Source: a bacterium
Lineage (GTDB): Bacteria; Zhuqueibacterota; Zhuqueibacteria; Oceanimicrobiales; Oceanimicrobiaceae
Length of the DNA: 20,723 nt
Direction: 5' to 3'
Assembly (NCBI GenBank): GCA_046757165.1
Contig: JBHHXT010000078.1
Span: 1 to 20,723 of the forward strand
The notes below the pieces were generated by a model. That model made no database searches. It saw only the letters and a program-made list of their open reading frames with translations, and had not been told where the DNA came from. This document shows, one piece after another, positions 5,272-14,443 of this stretch; within the stretch, counting starts at the first letter, position 1, and each line of letters opens with the position of its first letter. Position numbers and translations under genes: made by a program.

Positions 5272-8244
5272 ATGCAAAGAAATACGATTCAGCGCTGCTG
5301 TTTTTTTTGTGGGTTGATTCTTCTTCACCTCACTTCGCCGCTTTCAGGACAAATCGAAAAACTGACATCCGATAGGCTGAAATTGCTCTACCTGGGCAAG
5401 GCACAAGAATACCTCGTTCCCCATCTCGCACGGTGTTTTGAAAATGCGCTCGAGTTTCATCGCCAGACGTTCAATTATGAGCCCAGTGAGGAGGTGACCG
5501 TTCTTCTGCAGGATTTCGGTGACTTTGGCAACGGCGGGGCCACCGCAGTGCCAAACAACCTGATCTCCATCGGCATGGCGCCCTTTAGCTATGCCTACGA
5601 AACCATTCCAGCCAACGAGCGCATGAACTGGATGATGAACCACGAGCTGGTCCACATTCTCGCCAGCGACAAGGCCGCCCCCTCCGACCGTTTCTTTCGC
5701 AAGATTTTTTTTGGCAAGGTCATGGCCGTGCCGGAAGACCCCGTGTCCATGCTGTATGCCTATCTGACCAATCCGCGTCTCTACTCGCCGCGCTGGTACC
5801 ACGAGGGCATCGCAGTGTTCATGGAAACCTGGATGGCGGGTGGACTGGGCCGCGCCCTGGGGGCCTATGACGAAATGGTCTTTCGCACCCTGGTGCGCGA
5901 GAATGGCTATTTCTACGATGTGGTCGGCCTGGAGTCAGAAGGGACCAAAGTGGATTTTCAGGTGGGCGCCAACTCTTACCTGTACGGCACACGGTTCATG
6001 ACTTACCTGGCCTACCACTATAGTCCGGAAAAGCTCGTTCAATGGATTTCCCGCGCAGACAACAGCAAAGCCTATTTTTCATCGCAGTTCAAGAAAGTCT
6101 ATGGCGTCTCCCTCAACACGGAATGGGCAAATTGGCACAAATGGGAGCAAACCTGGCAACGCGCCAATCTCGACTCGATCCGCAAGTTTCCGACGACCGC
6201 CTATCGCGTCGTGTCGAACCAGACTCTGGGGTCTGTTTCGCGTTCCTATTTCGACGCCGACAATCACAAACTCTACACCGCCATCCGCTACCCCGGGCAG
6301 GTGGCGCACATCGCGGCCATCGACGTGGAGAGCGGTGAGCTGGAAAAAATATGCGAGATCAAAGGCGCGGCGCTGTTTTACGTCACCTCCCTGGCCTATG
6401 ATCCGGAGTCGGCGACTCTCTTCTACACCACGGATAACAACGGCTGGCGTGACCTCAATGCCGTGGTTTTGACCACGGGCAAAAAGCAACGGCTCATCAA
6501 AGACGCCCGCACGGGCGACCTCGCTTTCAACCGCGCGGACAAATCTCTGTGGGGCGTGCGCCACTACAACGGCATCTCGACCCTGGTGCGGATTCCAGCC
6601 CCGTATGAAGAATGGAATCAGATTCACTCCTTTCCGTATGGCCAGGATATCTATGACCTCGATGTGGCGCCGGATGGCTCCGCGGTCACCGCGGCTCTGA
6701 TCGAGGTCACCGGCAAGCAAAAGCTGATCAAGATGAATATCGAAAAGTTGATGACCAACGGCAGTACGGCCCCGCCCTATGAGGTGATTTTCGATTTCGA
6801 GAACAGCTCGCCAGCGGATTTTGTTTTTTCTGCTGACGGCCGCTACCTGTTTGGGTCGTCGTACTATTCGGGTGTGTCAAACATCTACCGCTACGACTTC
6901 GAGCTGGACGACATGTCGATTCTGAGCAATTGTGAAACCGGTTTCTTCAGGCCGGTGGTGGTGTCGCCGGACTCCCTGGTGGTCATGCGGTATTCCGCCA
7001 GCGGCTTCCAGCCGGTGATGATCGCTCACGAGACCGTTGACAATGTCAATGCCATCAGGTTCGCCGGTAATGAAGTGGCAAAAAAACATCCGGTCGTGCA
7101 GAGCTGGCGGCTCGGCACACCGGCCCGGATCAACCTGGATTCACTGGGCACCTCGAGGGGGAAGCACAGGACCTTCGCGGACATCCGTCTGGCCACCGTC
7201 TATCCGGTGGTGCAGGGGTATAAAGATTTCGCCGCTGTCGGGCTGAAGTTCAATTTCGCTGACCGGTTGGGGTTCAGCGGCTTCGAGCTTGCGGCGACCT
7301 ATTCTCCGGACCGGGATTTGCCTTCCGATGAACGTGCCCATGTGAAATTCAATTTTCACCACTGGAATTTGAGCCTCAGCGGCACGTACAACGGCGCCGA
7401 TTTCTACGACCTTTTTGGCCCAACAAAAACGAGTCGAAAGGGGTACTCGCTGGGCTTGCATCATAAGAGCACGCTGCTCTATGATGAGCCGAAGACCCTG
7501 CACTGGGATTTCGACATCACCGGCTATGGTGGCCTGGAAAGGCTGCCAGACTTTCAGAATGTCTCCACGACCTTCGAGGAGCTGCTCACCGCGCGAACCG
7601 GCCTGCTCTACTCCTTTACGCGCAAATCTCTTGGTGCGGTGGACGATGAAAAAGGTGTGGTCTGGGAGCTGGTCAGCCACAACACCTACGTGAATAAAAC
7701 CTTTGTTCCGCGGGTGTTCACCAACTTTGCTTACGGGGTTTTGCTGCCGCTCGACCACTCCTCTCTCTGGTTGAGAACGTCAGCCGGACATGCGTTTGGA
7801 GACCGGGACGATCCCTTTGCGAATTTCTTTTTCGGGGGCTTCGGAAACAACTGGGTGGACTATTTGAACGAAAAGCGCTACCGGGAGCATGACAGTTTCC
7901 CGGGTCTGGAGATCAATGAACTCGGTGGCAAGACCTACGTCAAGGCCATGCTCGAGTGGAACTTGCCCCCGTTGCGTTTCCGCCGTGTTGGCTTTCCGGC
8001 CTTTTATGTCAACTGGGCGCGGCTGGCCCTGTTTTCATCTGCCGTTGCAGGCGTGAGCCGGGATTTCAAAGTTGCGGACCGGACCACCTTCTTCAACCTC
8101 GGCGGACAACTCGATTTCAGCCTGGTTTTGTTTTCCAACATGCACTCGACCCTTTCGATCGGCTATGCGGTTGCGGTTGAGGAAAACCAGTCCCCTGACC
8201 AGGCCGCCGGCGAATTCATGGTCTCGCTGAAAATTCTGCAATAA
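5272..8244 (+). CDS. Exported 990-aa protein: gluzincin (clan MA) metallopeptidase-like domain, TolB/WD40-like beta-propeller, and putative outer-membrane beta-barrel (Omp85-like)
   Basis: RBS GGAGGAGG and a signal-peptide-like N-terminus. HELVH at 5641-5655, followed by WYHEGIAVFME as third zinc ligand. Propeller-type repeats (LAYDPES, LDVAPDGS, FVFSADGRYLF). The C-terminal ~350 aa have alternating aromatic/hydrophobic strands. Confidence 0.72.
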   Translation: MQRNTIQRCCFFCGLILLHLTSPLSGQIEKLTSDRLKLLYLGKAQEYLVPHLARCFENALEFHRQTFNYEPSEEVTVLLQDFGDFGNGGATAVPNNLISIGMAPFSYAYETIPANERMNWMMNHELVHILASDKAAPSDRFFRKIFFGKVMAVPEDPVSMLYAYLTNPRLYSPRWYHEGIAVFMETWMAGGLGRALGAYDEMVFRTLVRENGYFYDVVGLESEGTKVDFQVGANSYLYGTRFMTYLAYHYSPEKLVQWISRADNSKAYFSSQFKKVYGVSLNTEWANWHKWEQTWQRANLDSIRKFPTTAYRVVSNQTLGSVSRSYFDADNHKLYTAIRYPGQVAHIAAIDVESGELEKICEIKGAALFYVTSLAYDPESATLFYTTDNNGWRDLNAVVLTTGKKQRLIKDARTGDLAFNRADKSLWGVRHYNGISTLVRIPAPYEEWNQIHSFPYGQDIYDLDVAPDGSAVTAALIEVTGKQKLIKMNIEKLMTNGSTAPPYEVIFDFENSSPADFVFSADGRYLFGSSYYSGVSNIYRYDFELDDMSILSNCETGFFRPVVVSPDSLVVMRYSASGFQPVMIAHETVDNVNAIRFAGNEVAKKHPVVQSWRLGTPARINLDSLGTSRGKHRTFADIRLATVYPVVQGYKDFAAVGLKFNFADRLGFSGFELAATYSPDRDLPSDERAHVKFNFHHWNLSLSGTYNGADFYDLFGPTKTSRKGYSLGLHHKSTLLYDEPKTLHWDFDITGYGGLERLPDFQNVSTTFEELLTARTGLLYSFTRKSLGAVDDEKGVVWELVSHNTYVNKTFVPRVFTNFAYGVLLPLDHSSLWLRTSAGHAFGDRDDPFANFFFGGFGNNWVDYLNEKRYREHDSFPGLEINELGGKTYVKAMLEWNLPPLRFRRVGFPAFYVNWARLALFSSAVAGVSRDFKVADRTTFFNLGGQLDFSLVLFSNMHSTLSIGYAVAVEENQSPDQAAGEFMVSLKILQ

Positions 8245-8270
8245 CGCACTGCAAAAAACTACATTTTTGG

Positions 8271-8296
8271 GGAACCCTCCACTTTCCTCGAGCGTT
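8271..8296 (+). promoter_or_regulatory. Possible ECF-type promoter of a different class upstream of the ABC operon
   Basis: GGAAC (8271-8275) - 17 nt - CGTT (8293-8296). Single occurrence. Confidence 0.35.
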
Positions 8297-8425
8297 TCTA
8301 ATTGATGTAATTCTTACCTCGACCTCGCGTCGACTTTTGTTCTAAGCTTAATACAATCAGCCTGTTCTGGACAAACGTTAGTTGACAGTGTTTTGCAACA
8401 ACCATTAATGAAATGAGGGTAGGTT

Positions 8426-9187
8426 ATGTTAAAAGACGGTAAAGTGATGATCGAAGCAAAAGGATTGAGCAAGTACTATGGCCCTTTTGTGGCGATAAAG
8501 GACATTACTTTTTCCATCCCGGAGGGCAACATCGTCGCCTTTCTCGGCCCCAATGGTGCGGGCAAGTCGACGACCATGAAGATTCTGACTGGCTACCTGG
8601 CGCCAAGTGAGGGGTCTGCTGCCATCGCCGGTCTGGACATTCGAAGCGACCGGATCGAGGCGTGTAAGAAGCTTGGTTATTTGCCTGAGAACGGGCCTTT
8701 GTACCAGAACATGACACCGCTCGAGCTGCTGAACTTCTTTGGCGAGGCCCGCGGGATTGAACCGAAAAAGCTCGAGAGACGAATTGATGCAATCGTCGAA
8801 CAATGCGCCCTGCAGCTTGTGCTGGAAAAGCCCATCGACAAACTCTCGCGCGGCTACAAACAACGCGTGGGGCTGGCCCAGGCCCTGTTGCACGACCCTG
8901 CCGTCCTGATCATGGATGAGCCCACTGCCGGTCTGGACCCGAACCAGATTCGCGAATTTCGCACAAACATCAAGAAGTTAGGCAAAAAGAAGACCATCAT
9001 GATCTCGACGCACATCCTGCAGGAGGTGGACGCTATCGCCGACTACGTCCTGTTCGTCACTGACGGTAAGTTGGTTTTCACCGGTACGCCGGGTGAGCTG
9101 AAGGAAAATGGCTCGCTCGAGGACCCCTTCTACAAACTGACCAATCAGGGCAAGCCGGTGACAGCAAAAAAGGAGGTCTCGGCATGA
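8426..9187 (+). CDS. ABC transporter ATP-binding protein (GldA-like, ABC-2 type)
   Basis: Walker A GPNGAGKST, signature LSRGYKQR, Walker B LIMDEP, H-loop STH. Confidence 0.95.
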   Translation: MLKDGKVMIEAKGLSKYYGPFVAIKDITFSIPEGNIVAFLGPNGAGKSTTMKILTGYLAPSEGSAAIAGLDIRSDRIEACKKLGYLPENGPLYQNMTPLELLNFFGEARGIEPKKLERRIDAIVEQCALQLVLEKPIDKLSRGYKQRVGLAQALLHDPAVLIMDEPTAGLDPNQIREFRTNIKKLGKKKTIMISTHILQEVDAIADYVLFVTDGKLVFTGTPGELKENGSLEDPFYKLTNQGKPVTAKKEVSA

Positions 9188-11874
9188 ACATCAAGCTACA
9201 AAACATAGAGGTGACCATCAACTGGAAGGTGGTGCAGGCCATCGTCAAGCGCGACCTGCGCATCTATTTTTCCAACCCCACCGGTTACGTCTTCATCACG
9301 CTTTTTATCTTTCTGAGCGCTGCTGCAGCCTTCTGGCAGGAGCGCTTTTTTATGAACAACCTGGCCAATCTCGACCAGCTCAACCAGATGTTCCCGCTCT
9401 TGCTGCTGTTTTTTGTGCCCGCTCTGACCATGGGCGTCTGGGCCGATGAGCACAAGCAGGGCACTGACGAGCTTCTCTTGACCTTGCCCGCCTCCGACCT
9501 GGAAGTGGTGCTGGGCAAGTATCTGGCGACACTGGGCATTTACACCGCTTCCCTGATTTTGTCTCTCAGTCACATTCTGGTTTTGATGTGGCTCGGCAGC
9601 CCGGATCTCGGGCTGATGTTGGGCAATTACATGGGCTACTGGTTTCTTGGCGCCGCTTTGATCGCCGTGGGCATGCTGGCCTCTTTGCTCACATCAAACA
9701 TCACCATTGCCTTTATTCTGGGCGCCATCTTTTGTAGCTTTTTTATGCTTGTCAATGTGTTTGGCCAGGTCATCAGCCAGGCGGTTCAGGATCTGATTTC
9801 ATCAATCGGCGTGGTCGTCCATTTTCGCGATTTTGCCCGCGGCGTGGTGAGTTTCTCAGGCGTCCTTTATTTCCTTTCGGTCACGGGCGTGATGCTCTAT
9901 ATCAATGTGCTTCTCATCGGCCGGCGCCACTGGCCTCTGGAAGCAGATGGCTACAGGATGTGGGTGCATCATCTCGTGCGCTCTGTCGCCATCGTGATTG
10001 CGCTCATCAGCGTGAATGTCATGCTGGTTCGCGCCAGCATGCGTCTGGACGTGACGGCCGAGCAACTGCACTCGCTCTCCGATGAGACCGAGGACTTGCT
10101 CGACGAATTTCCTGAGGACCGGCCCGTGTTCATCGAGGCGTTCATCAGCAAAGAGGTGCCGCAACAGTATGTGCAGACGCGCTCGAATCTGCTTGGCTTC
10201 CTGCAAGAGATGGACGTCGTCGGTGGCAGCAAGGTGCAGCTCATCATCCGTGATACCGAGCCGTACACAAAAGAAGCCCAGGACGCGCGCGAAAGATTCG
10301 GCATCACCCCGCAGGAGATTCCGGACCTGGGTAGCGCACGCGCGGCCACGATTCCAACGTTTCTGGGCGTGGCCTTTAAGTGCGGGGCCGAGGAGCAAGT
10401 GATTCCGTTTTTCGACCGCGGTTTGCCGGTCGAGTATGAGCTGGCGCGCAGCATCCGCGTGGTCGCCAGAACCGACCGCAAGAAAATTGGCGTGCTCACC
10501 ACGGAGGCGAAGCTTTTCGGCGGCTTCGACTTTCAGTCCTTCCGCAGCACCCCGCCCTGGCCTGTGGTCGATGAACTGAAGAAGCAGTACGAGGTGGTTC
10601 AAGTTTCAGCCACCAGCCCGATCGAAGAGGAGCTGGATGGCTTGCTGGTGGCGCTGCCGTCTGCGCTGCCACAGGAGGAAATGGACAACCTGAAAGCGTA
10701 CATTCTGGCCGGCACGCCGACTTTGCTTTTGCTCGATCCATTGCCGATAACCAATATTGGGCTGGCGCCGTCCGAAAAGTCCGGCTCGAACGTCAACCCA
10801 TTCATGCGCAACCAGGGCCCGCCACCGAAACCAAAGGGCAACATTCATGGATTCCTGGCCGACCTGGGCGTGAGCTGGAACAAGGCACAGATCGTCTGGG
10901 ACATGTACAATCCTCACCCCGAGTTCGCACAGTTGCAACCGGAAATCGTTTTTGTTGGCAAAAGCAGCAACGCAGAGGCGTTCAACCCCGAGCACCGCGG
11001 CAGTGCGCAGCTCCAGGAGCTGGTGTTCCTTTTCCCGGGCTTCCTGAAAAAGTCCGCCAGCGCCAATTTCACCTTCACGCCCCTGATCAAGACGGGCGAG
11101 CAATCCGGCTCTCTGAATTATTCGCAGCTGGTGCAGCGCAGCTTCTTCGGCACCCAACTCGTCAGCCCGCGCTTCGGCCGGCGGCCCAACAGTCTCGACT
11201 ACACGGTCGCGGCACATGTGCAGCGGGAGATAACCCCGGAAGATTCTACCGAAACGCCCAGGAAGGTCAATCTGATCGCCATCGCCGATCTGGATTTTAT
11301 TTCACAGGACTTTTTTGAAATCCGCAAGCGCGCGGTCGGAAATTTGAACTTCGATAATGTGTCATTTTTTCTCAACTGCATGGATGTCCTGGTCGGTGAT
11401 GAATCGTTCATCGCCCTGAGAAACAAGCGTGTGAAACACAGAACCCTCACACAGGTCGAGGAACAAACACGCAAGTTCATCGAGCAGCGCAACCAGGAGG
11501 AACAAGAAGCGGAAGCGGAAGCGTCGCGAGCCCTGGCAGAGGCGCAGCAACGGTTGAACGAGCGCGTCAATGAAGTTCGCCAGCGCACCGACCTCGACCA
11601 GCGCACCAAAGACATCATGGCCAACAACCTGCAGGCCGTTGAACAAAAGAGGTTTGACGCCATGAAAGCAAGCATCGAGGCACAAAAGGAAGCGAAAATC
11701 AACTCCAGCAAAGAGAACATGGAAGCGAAGATTCGCAGCATTCAAGGAAACATCAAGATCTTTGCTGTTATTCTGCCTCCGATCCCGGTCTTTGTATTCG
11801 GTGTTTTGGTTTTCATCCAACGGCAGAAGCGGGAAAGAGAGGGGGCGCTGGCGGCAAGGAGATTGCGAAGTTGA
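9184..11874 (+). CDS. Fused ABC-2 permease (GldF-like) and GldG-family periplasmic auxiliary component
   Basis: ATGA overlap with the ATPase gene. N-terminal multi-TM region with YFSNPTGY and EHKQGTDELLLTLP. Then RLDVTAEQLHSLSDET, IADLDFIS and NCMDVL GldG-type motifs, a coiled coil and a C-terminal TM. Confidence 0.88.
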   Translation: MNIKLQNIEVTINWKVVQAIVKRDLRIYFSNPTGYVFITLFIFLSAAAAFWQERFFMNNLANLDQLNQMFPLLLLFFVPALTMGVWADEHKQGTDELLLTLPASDLEVVLGKYLATLGIYTASLILSLSHILVLMWLGSPDLGLMLGNYMGYWFLGAALIAVGMLASLLTSNITIAFILGAIFCSFFMLVNVFGQVISQAVQDLISSIGVVVHFRDFARGVVSFSGVLYFLSVTGVMLYINVLLIGRRHWPLEADGYRMWVHHLVRSVAIVIALISVNVMLVRASMRLDVTAEQLHSLSDETEDLLDEFPEDRPVFIEAFISKEVPQQYVQTRSNLLGFLQEMDVVGGSKVQLIIRDTEPYTKEAQDARERFGITPQEIPDLGSARAATIPTFLGVAFKCGAEEQVIPFFDRGLPVEYELARSIRVVARTDRKKIGVLTTEAKLFGGFDFQSFRSTPPWPVVDELKKQYEVVQVSATSPIEEELDGLLVALPSALPQEEMDNLKAYILAGTPTLLLLDPLPITNIGLAPSEKSGSNVNPFMRNQGPPPKPKGNIHGFLADLGVSWNKAQIVWDMYNPHPEFAQLQPEIVFVGKSSNAEAFNPEHRGSAQLQELVFLFPGFLKKSASANFTFTPLIKTGEQSGSLNYSQLVQRSFFGTQLVSPRFGRRPNSLDYTVAAHVQREITPEDSTETPRKVNLIAIADLDFISQDFFEIRKRAVGNLNFDNVSFFLNCMDVLVGDESFIALRNKRVKHRTLTQVEEQTRKFIEQRNQEEQEAEAEASRALAEAQQRLNERVNEVRQRTDLDQRTKDIMANNLQAVEQKRFDAMKASIEAQKEAKINSSKENMEAKIRSIQGNIKIFAVILPPIPVFVFGVLVFIQRQKREREGALAARRLRS

Positions 11875-11897
11875 GCGGCATCCTAATGCAGCAAAGC

Positions 11898-12050
11898 TGC
11901 AAATGAATGGAACGCGGATTTGACGGATAGGACGGATTGACACGGATCTGATTTTGGGTGAACACCAAAAAATTCATGAGCCACATGATCCCTATTCCAC
12001 TGACTTCGACACATCCGTTAAATCCGTCTTATCCGTGTTCCATTTTTTGC
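11898..12050. repeat. Palindromic CGGAT/ATCCG element between the GldFG and DUF4340 genes
   Basis: Left arm AATGGAACGCGGATTTGACGGATAGGACGGATTGACACGGAT. Right arm ATCCGTTAAATCCGTCTTATCCGTGTTCCATT (12013-12044). Shares 23 of 24 nt with 330-353 in inverted orientation. Confidence 0.85.
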
Positions 12051-12112
12051 CCTTTGTTGCAAAAGATCGGAGGTAATAACATAGAGATGAACAGGATAAC
12101 CAGGAGAACAAG

Positions 12113-13489
12113 ATGAACGAACTGAAGAAAACCATCATCTTCGGCGGTGGCGCCGTCGTGCTCGCCTTGCTGGCGTTTGTCACCGCGCCAAGCAGGGTGA
12201 CACCGGATGCCTTTCTGGATAAAGACGAACCGTTCTTCCCGGAATTCACTGATCCCAACATTGCCACCACTCTTGAAGTCATCGATTTCGATGCGGAAAC
12301 CGGCGAGGCCAAGCCATTCAAGGTGACGTTCAAAGCGGGGAGATGGACCATCCCGTCGCACCATGATTATCCGGCTGACGGCAAGGAGCGGCTGGCAAAA
12401 ACCGCAGCCAGCATCATCAGTTTCAAGAAAAACGAATTTCGCTCCGACAATGTCGCCGACCACCAGGCGCTCGGGGTGATCGATCCACTGGACGAGAGCA
12501 ACGCCTCCCTCGAGGGGCGCGGCCAGCGCGTGACGATCAAAGGACAAAATGACCAGATCCTCGCCGACTTGATCATCAGCAAAGAGGAGATCGAAGGGAA
12601 AGAAAAATTTCGTTTTGTCCGCCTCCCGGACCAGAAACGAGTCTATGCTGCCCGCACCGATATCGATATCTCAACCAAATTCAGCGACTGGATTGAAGCG
12701 GATCTGCTGAAAGTCGAGAAAGACAGGATAAAGGAGGTCACCATCCGGGACTACTCCATCAATGAGCGCACCGGCAGCCTGCGGAACCGGGACACCGTTG
12801 TTTTGACCCGGGACGGAAGCGATTGGTCGATGAAAAAACTCCCTTCCGATAAGGAGATTAACACGACCAAGATCAATGACCTGGTGCGGGCGCTGGATGA
12901 ATTGTCCATCGTGGGTGTGCGGCCAAAGCCGCAGGGGCTTTCGCTCTCCTTACGGAAAATGGAAAGCGAGGACATGAAACTCACGCACGAAGCCATGCTT
13001 TCCTTGCAGTCAAAAGGGTATTACTTTACCCGCGACGGCCAGCTCGTATCCAACGAGGGTGAGATTCAAGCGCATACCAAAGACGGTGTCATCTACACGC
13101 TCCGCTTTGGCGAAGTGGTTTACGGTTCAGGGCTGGCGGTGACGGCCGGGACCGAATCCGAAGAAGGCGAGGAAAAAGGATCAGGCGAAAACCGCTACCT
13201 GTTTATCAGCACTCGCTTCGATGACGGCGAGTTCCGGGAGCCGCCGAAACCACCGAATACCGACTTTGCCACCAAGCCCGACAGCTTGTGGACCGACGCA
13301 GACAGAGAGAACAAAGAGAAGCAACGAAAATGGGATGAATGGAAGCTCAAAATGGACACCGGACAGGAGCTTTCTGACAACCTCAACGAGCGCTTCGCAG
13401 GATGGTACTACGTCATTTCCTCCAGCAGTTTTGACAAGCTGCATTTGAAACGCAAGGATCTGCTCGAGGACAAAAAGAATGATACATGA
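12113..13489 (+). CDS. DUF4340-like membrane-anchored protein of Gld-type ABC operons
   Basis: RBS CAGGAG and an N-terminal TM. Motifs WTIPSHHDYPAD, FVRLPDQKRVY and WYYVISSSSFDKL. Typical third gene of GldA/F/G modules. Confidence 0.75.
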   Translation: MNELKKTIIFGGGAVVLALLAFVTAPSRVTPDAFLDKDEPFFPEFTDPNIATTLEVIDFDAETGEAKPFKVTFKAGRWTIPSHHDYPADGKERLAKTAASIISFKKNEFRSDNVADHQALGVIDPLDESNASLEGRGQRVTIKGQNDQILADLIISKEEIEGKEKFRFVRLPDQKRVYAARTDIDISTKFSDWIEADLLKVEKDRIKEVTIRDYSINERTGSLRNRDTVVLTRDGSDWSMKKLPSDKEINTTKINDLVRALDELSIVGVRPKPQGLSLSLRKMESEDMKLTHEAMLSLQSKGYYFTRDGQLVSNEGEIQAHTKDGVIYTLRFGEVVYGSGLAVTAGTESEEGEEKGSGENRYLFISTRFDDGEFREPPKPPNTDFATKPDSLWTDADRENKEKQRKWDEWKLKMDTGQELSDNLNERFAGWYYVISSSSFDKLHLKRKDLLEDKKNDT

Positions 13490-13536
13490 TCCAGGCGCTT
13501 GAATCAGCGTCCACCGACAGTTTTAACGATATTGGA

Positions 13537-13571
13537 TCCACACGGATTAACTGAACAAATTTCCGTGTGGA
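13537..13571. repeat. Short hairpin of the CACGGA family
   Basis: TCCACACGGA (13537-13546) / TCCGTGTGGA (13562-13571) perfect 10-bp stem. It may also terminate the ABC operon. Confidence 0.6.
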
Positions 13572-13613
13572 GTATTTTACCTTTTTCTGCCCGCAGGGCC
13601 ATGCGCATTTTGT

Positions 13614-13642
13614 TTGTGTTTTTTCAGGCGGGTTCGTATATT
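13614..13642 (+). promoter_or_regulatory. Putative sigma70-type promoter for the Uma2 gene
   Basis: TTGTGT - 17 nt - TATATT. Confidence 0.3.
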
Positions 13643-13695
13643 TTCTACCATGAATCATCGACACCAATGAGCTTGACGAACACCTGCACGGTATC

Positions 13696-14274
13696 ATGAA
13701 AGTTAAAGAAACGACCTCAACCTACCTGACACGGAAACGTCCTTTCACCTACCAGGACTATCTGAAGCTACCCGAAGATGATTTCCGCTATCAAGTCATA
13801 AACGGGGGGCTCGTTATGACGCCATCCCCCATCACAGCTCACCAAAGGGTATGCGAGCGCATTGGCTATGAACTCAGCAAGTATGTTGAAAGGACAAAGA
13901 CCGGTGAAGTTTTGCGCGCTCCCATGGATGTCGTCTTGAGTAAAGAGAACGTTTACCAACCGGACATTCTGTTCATTTCGAATGACAATAGCCAGATCGC
14001 TCGAGAAAACAACATCGACGGGGCGCCGGATTTGGTGATCGAGGTGCTTTCGCCAGCGACCAGCACCTATGATTTGATCTCCAAGAAGGAGAACTACCAG
14101 AAATACGGCGTCGAGGAGTACTGGATCGTCGACCCGAAACAGGAGTGGATCGAAGTCTACTGCAATGACCACGGCGAGTTCAAGCTCGAATCTCGCCTCG
14201 AAAAGGAAGGGACCGTCAAGTCAAGGCTGTTGAAGGGGTTTCAAGTAGACATGGTCCACGTGTTCAGGCGCTGA
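13696..14274 (+). CDS. Uma2 (DUF820) family putative restriction endonuclease
   Basis: TYQDYLKLP, PSPITAHQ, QPDILF, GAPDLVIEVLSP and YGVEEYWIVDP motifs. Confidence 0.93.
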   Translation: MKVKETTSTYLTRKRPFTYQDYLKLPEDDFRYQVINGGLVMTPSPITAHQRVCERIGYELSKYVERTKTGEVLRAPMDVVLSKENVYQPDILFISNDNSQIARENNIDGAPDLVIEVLSPATSTYDLISKKENYQKYGVEEYWIVDPKQEWIEVYCNDHGEFKLESRLEKEGTVKSRLLKGFQVDMVHVFRR

Positions 14275-14376
14275 AGACAAAAACCTCCTGAGGTCGAAAC
14301 CGGGCACAGGTTGCTGGTTTCCTGACCTCCAATCCCCCACAAAACTTCTACTAAATTTGAATACGTGCGAAAATAG

Positions 14377-14414
14377 AATAGCCTTCCGAAGGAGTGAACC
14401 TTCGGAAGGCTATT
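14377..14414. terminator. Hairpin between convergent genes (probable terminator, REP-like)
   Basis: Perfect 16-bp stem AATAGCCTTCCGAAGG (14377-14392) / CCTTCGGAAGGCTATT (14399-14414). A T-rich tract follows on the minus strand. Confidence 0.75.
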
Positions 14415-14443
14415 GGTTCCACCTCGCAATCGAGACGATTGCG

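Noticed and set aside
8426..11874. Evidence of gliding motility (gldA/F/G)
   Set aside because: This ABC family is widespread in non-gliding bacteria and no other gld/spr genes are present, so gene symbols are withheld.
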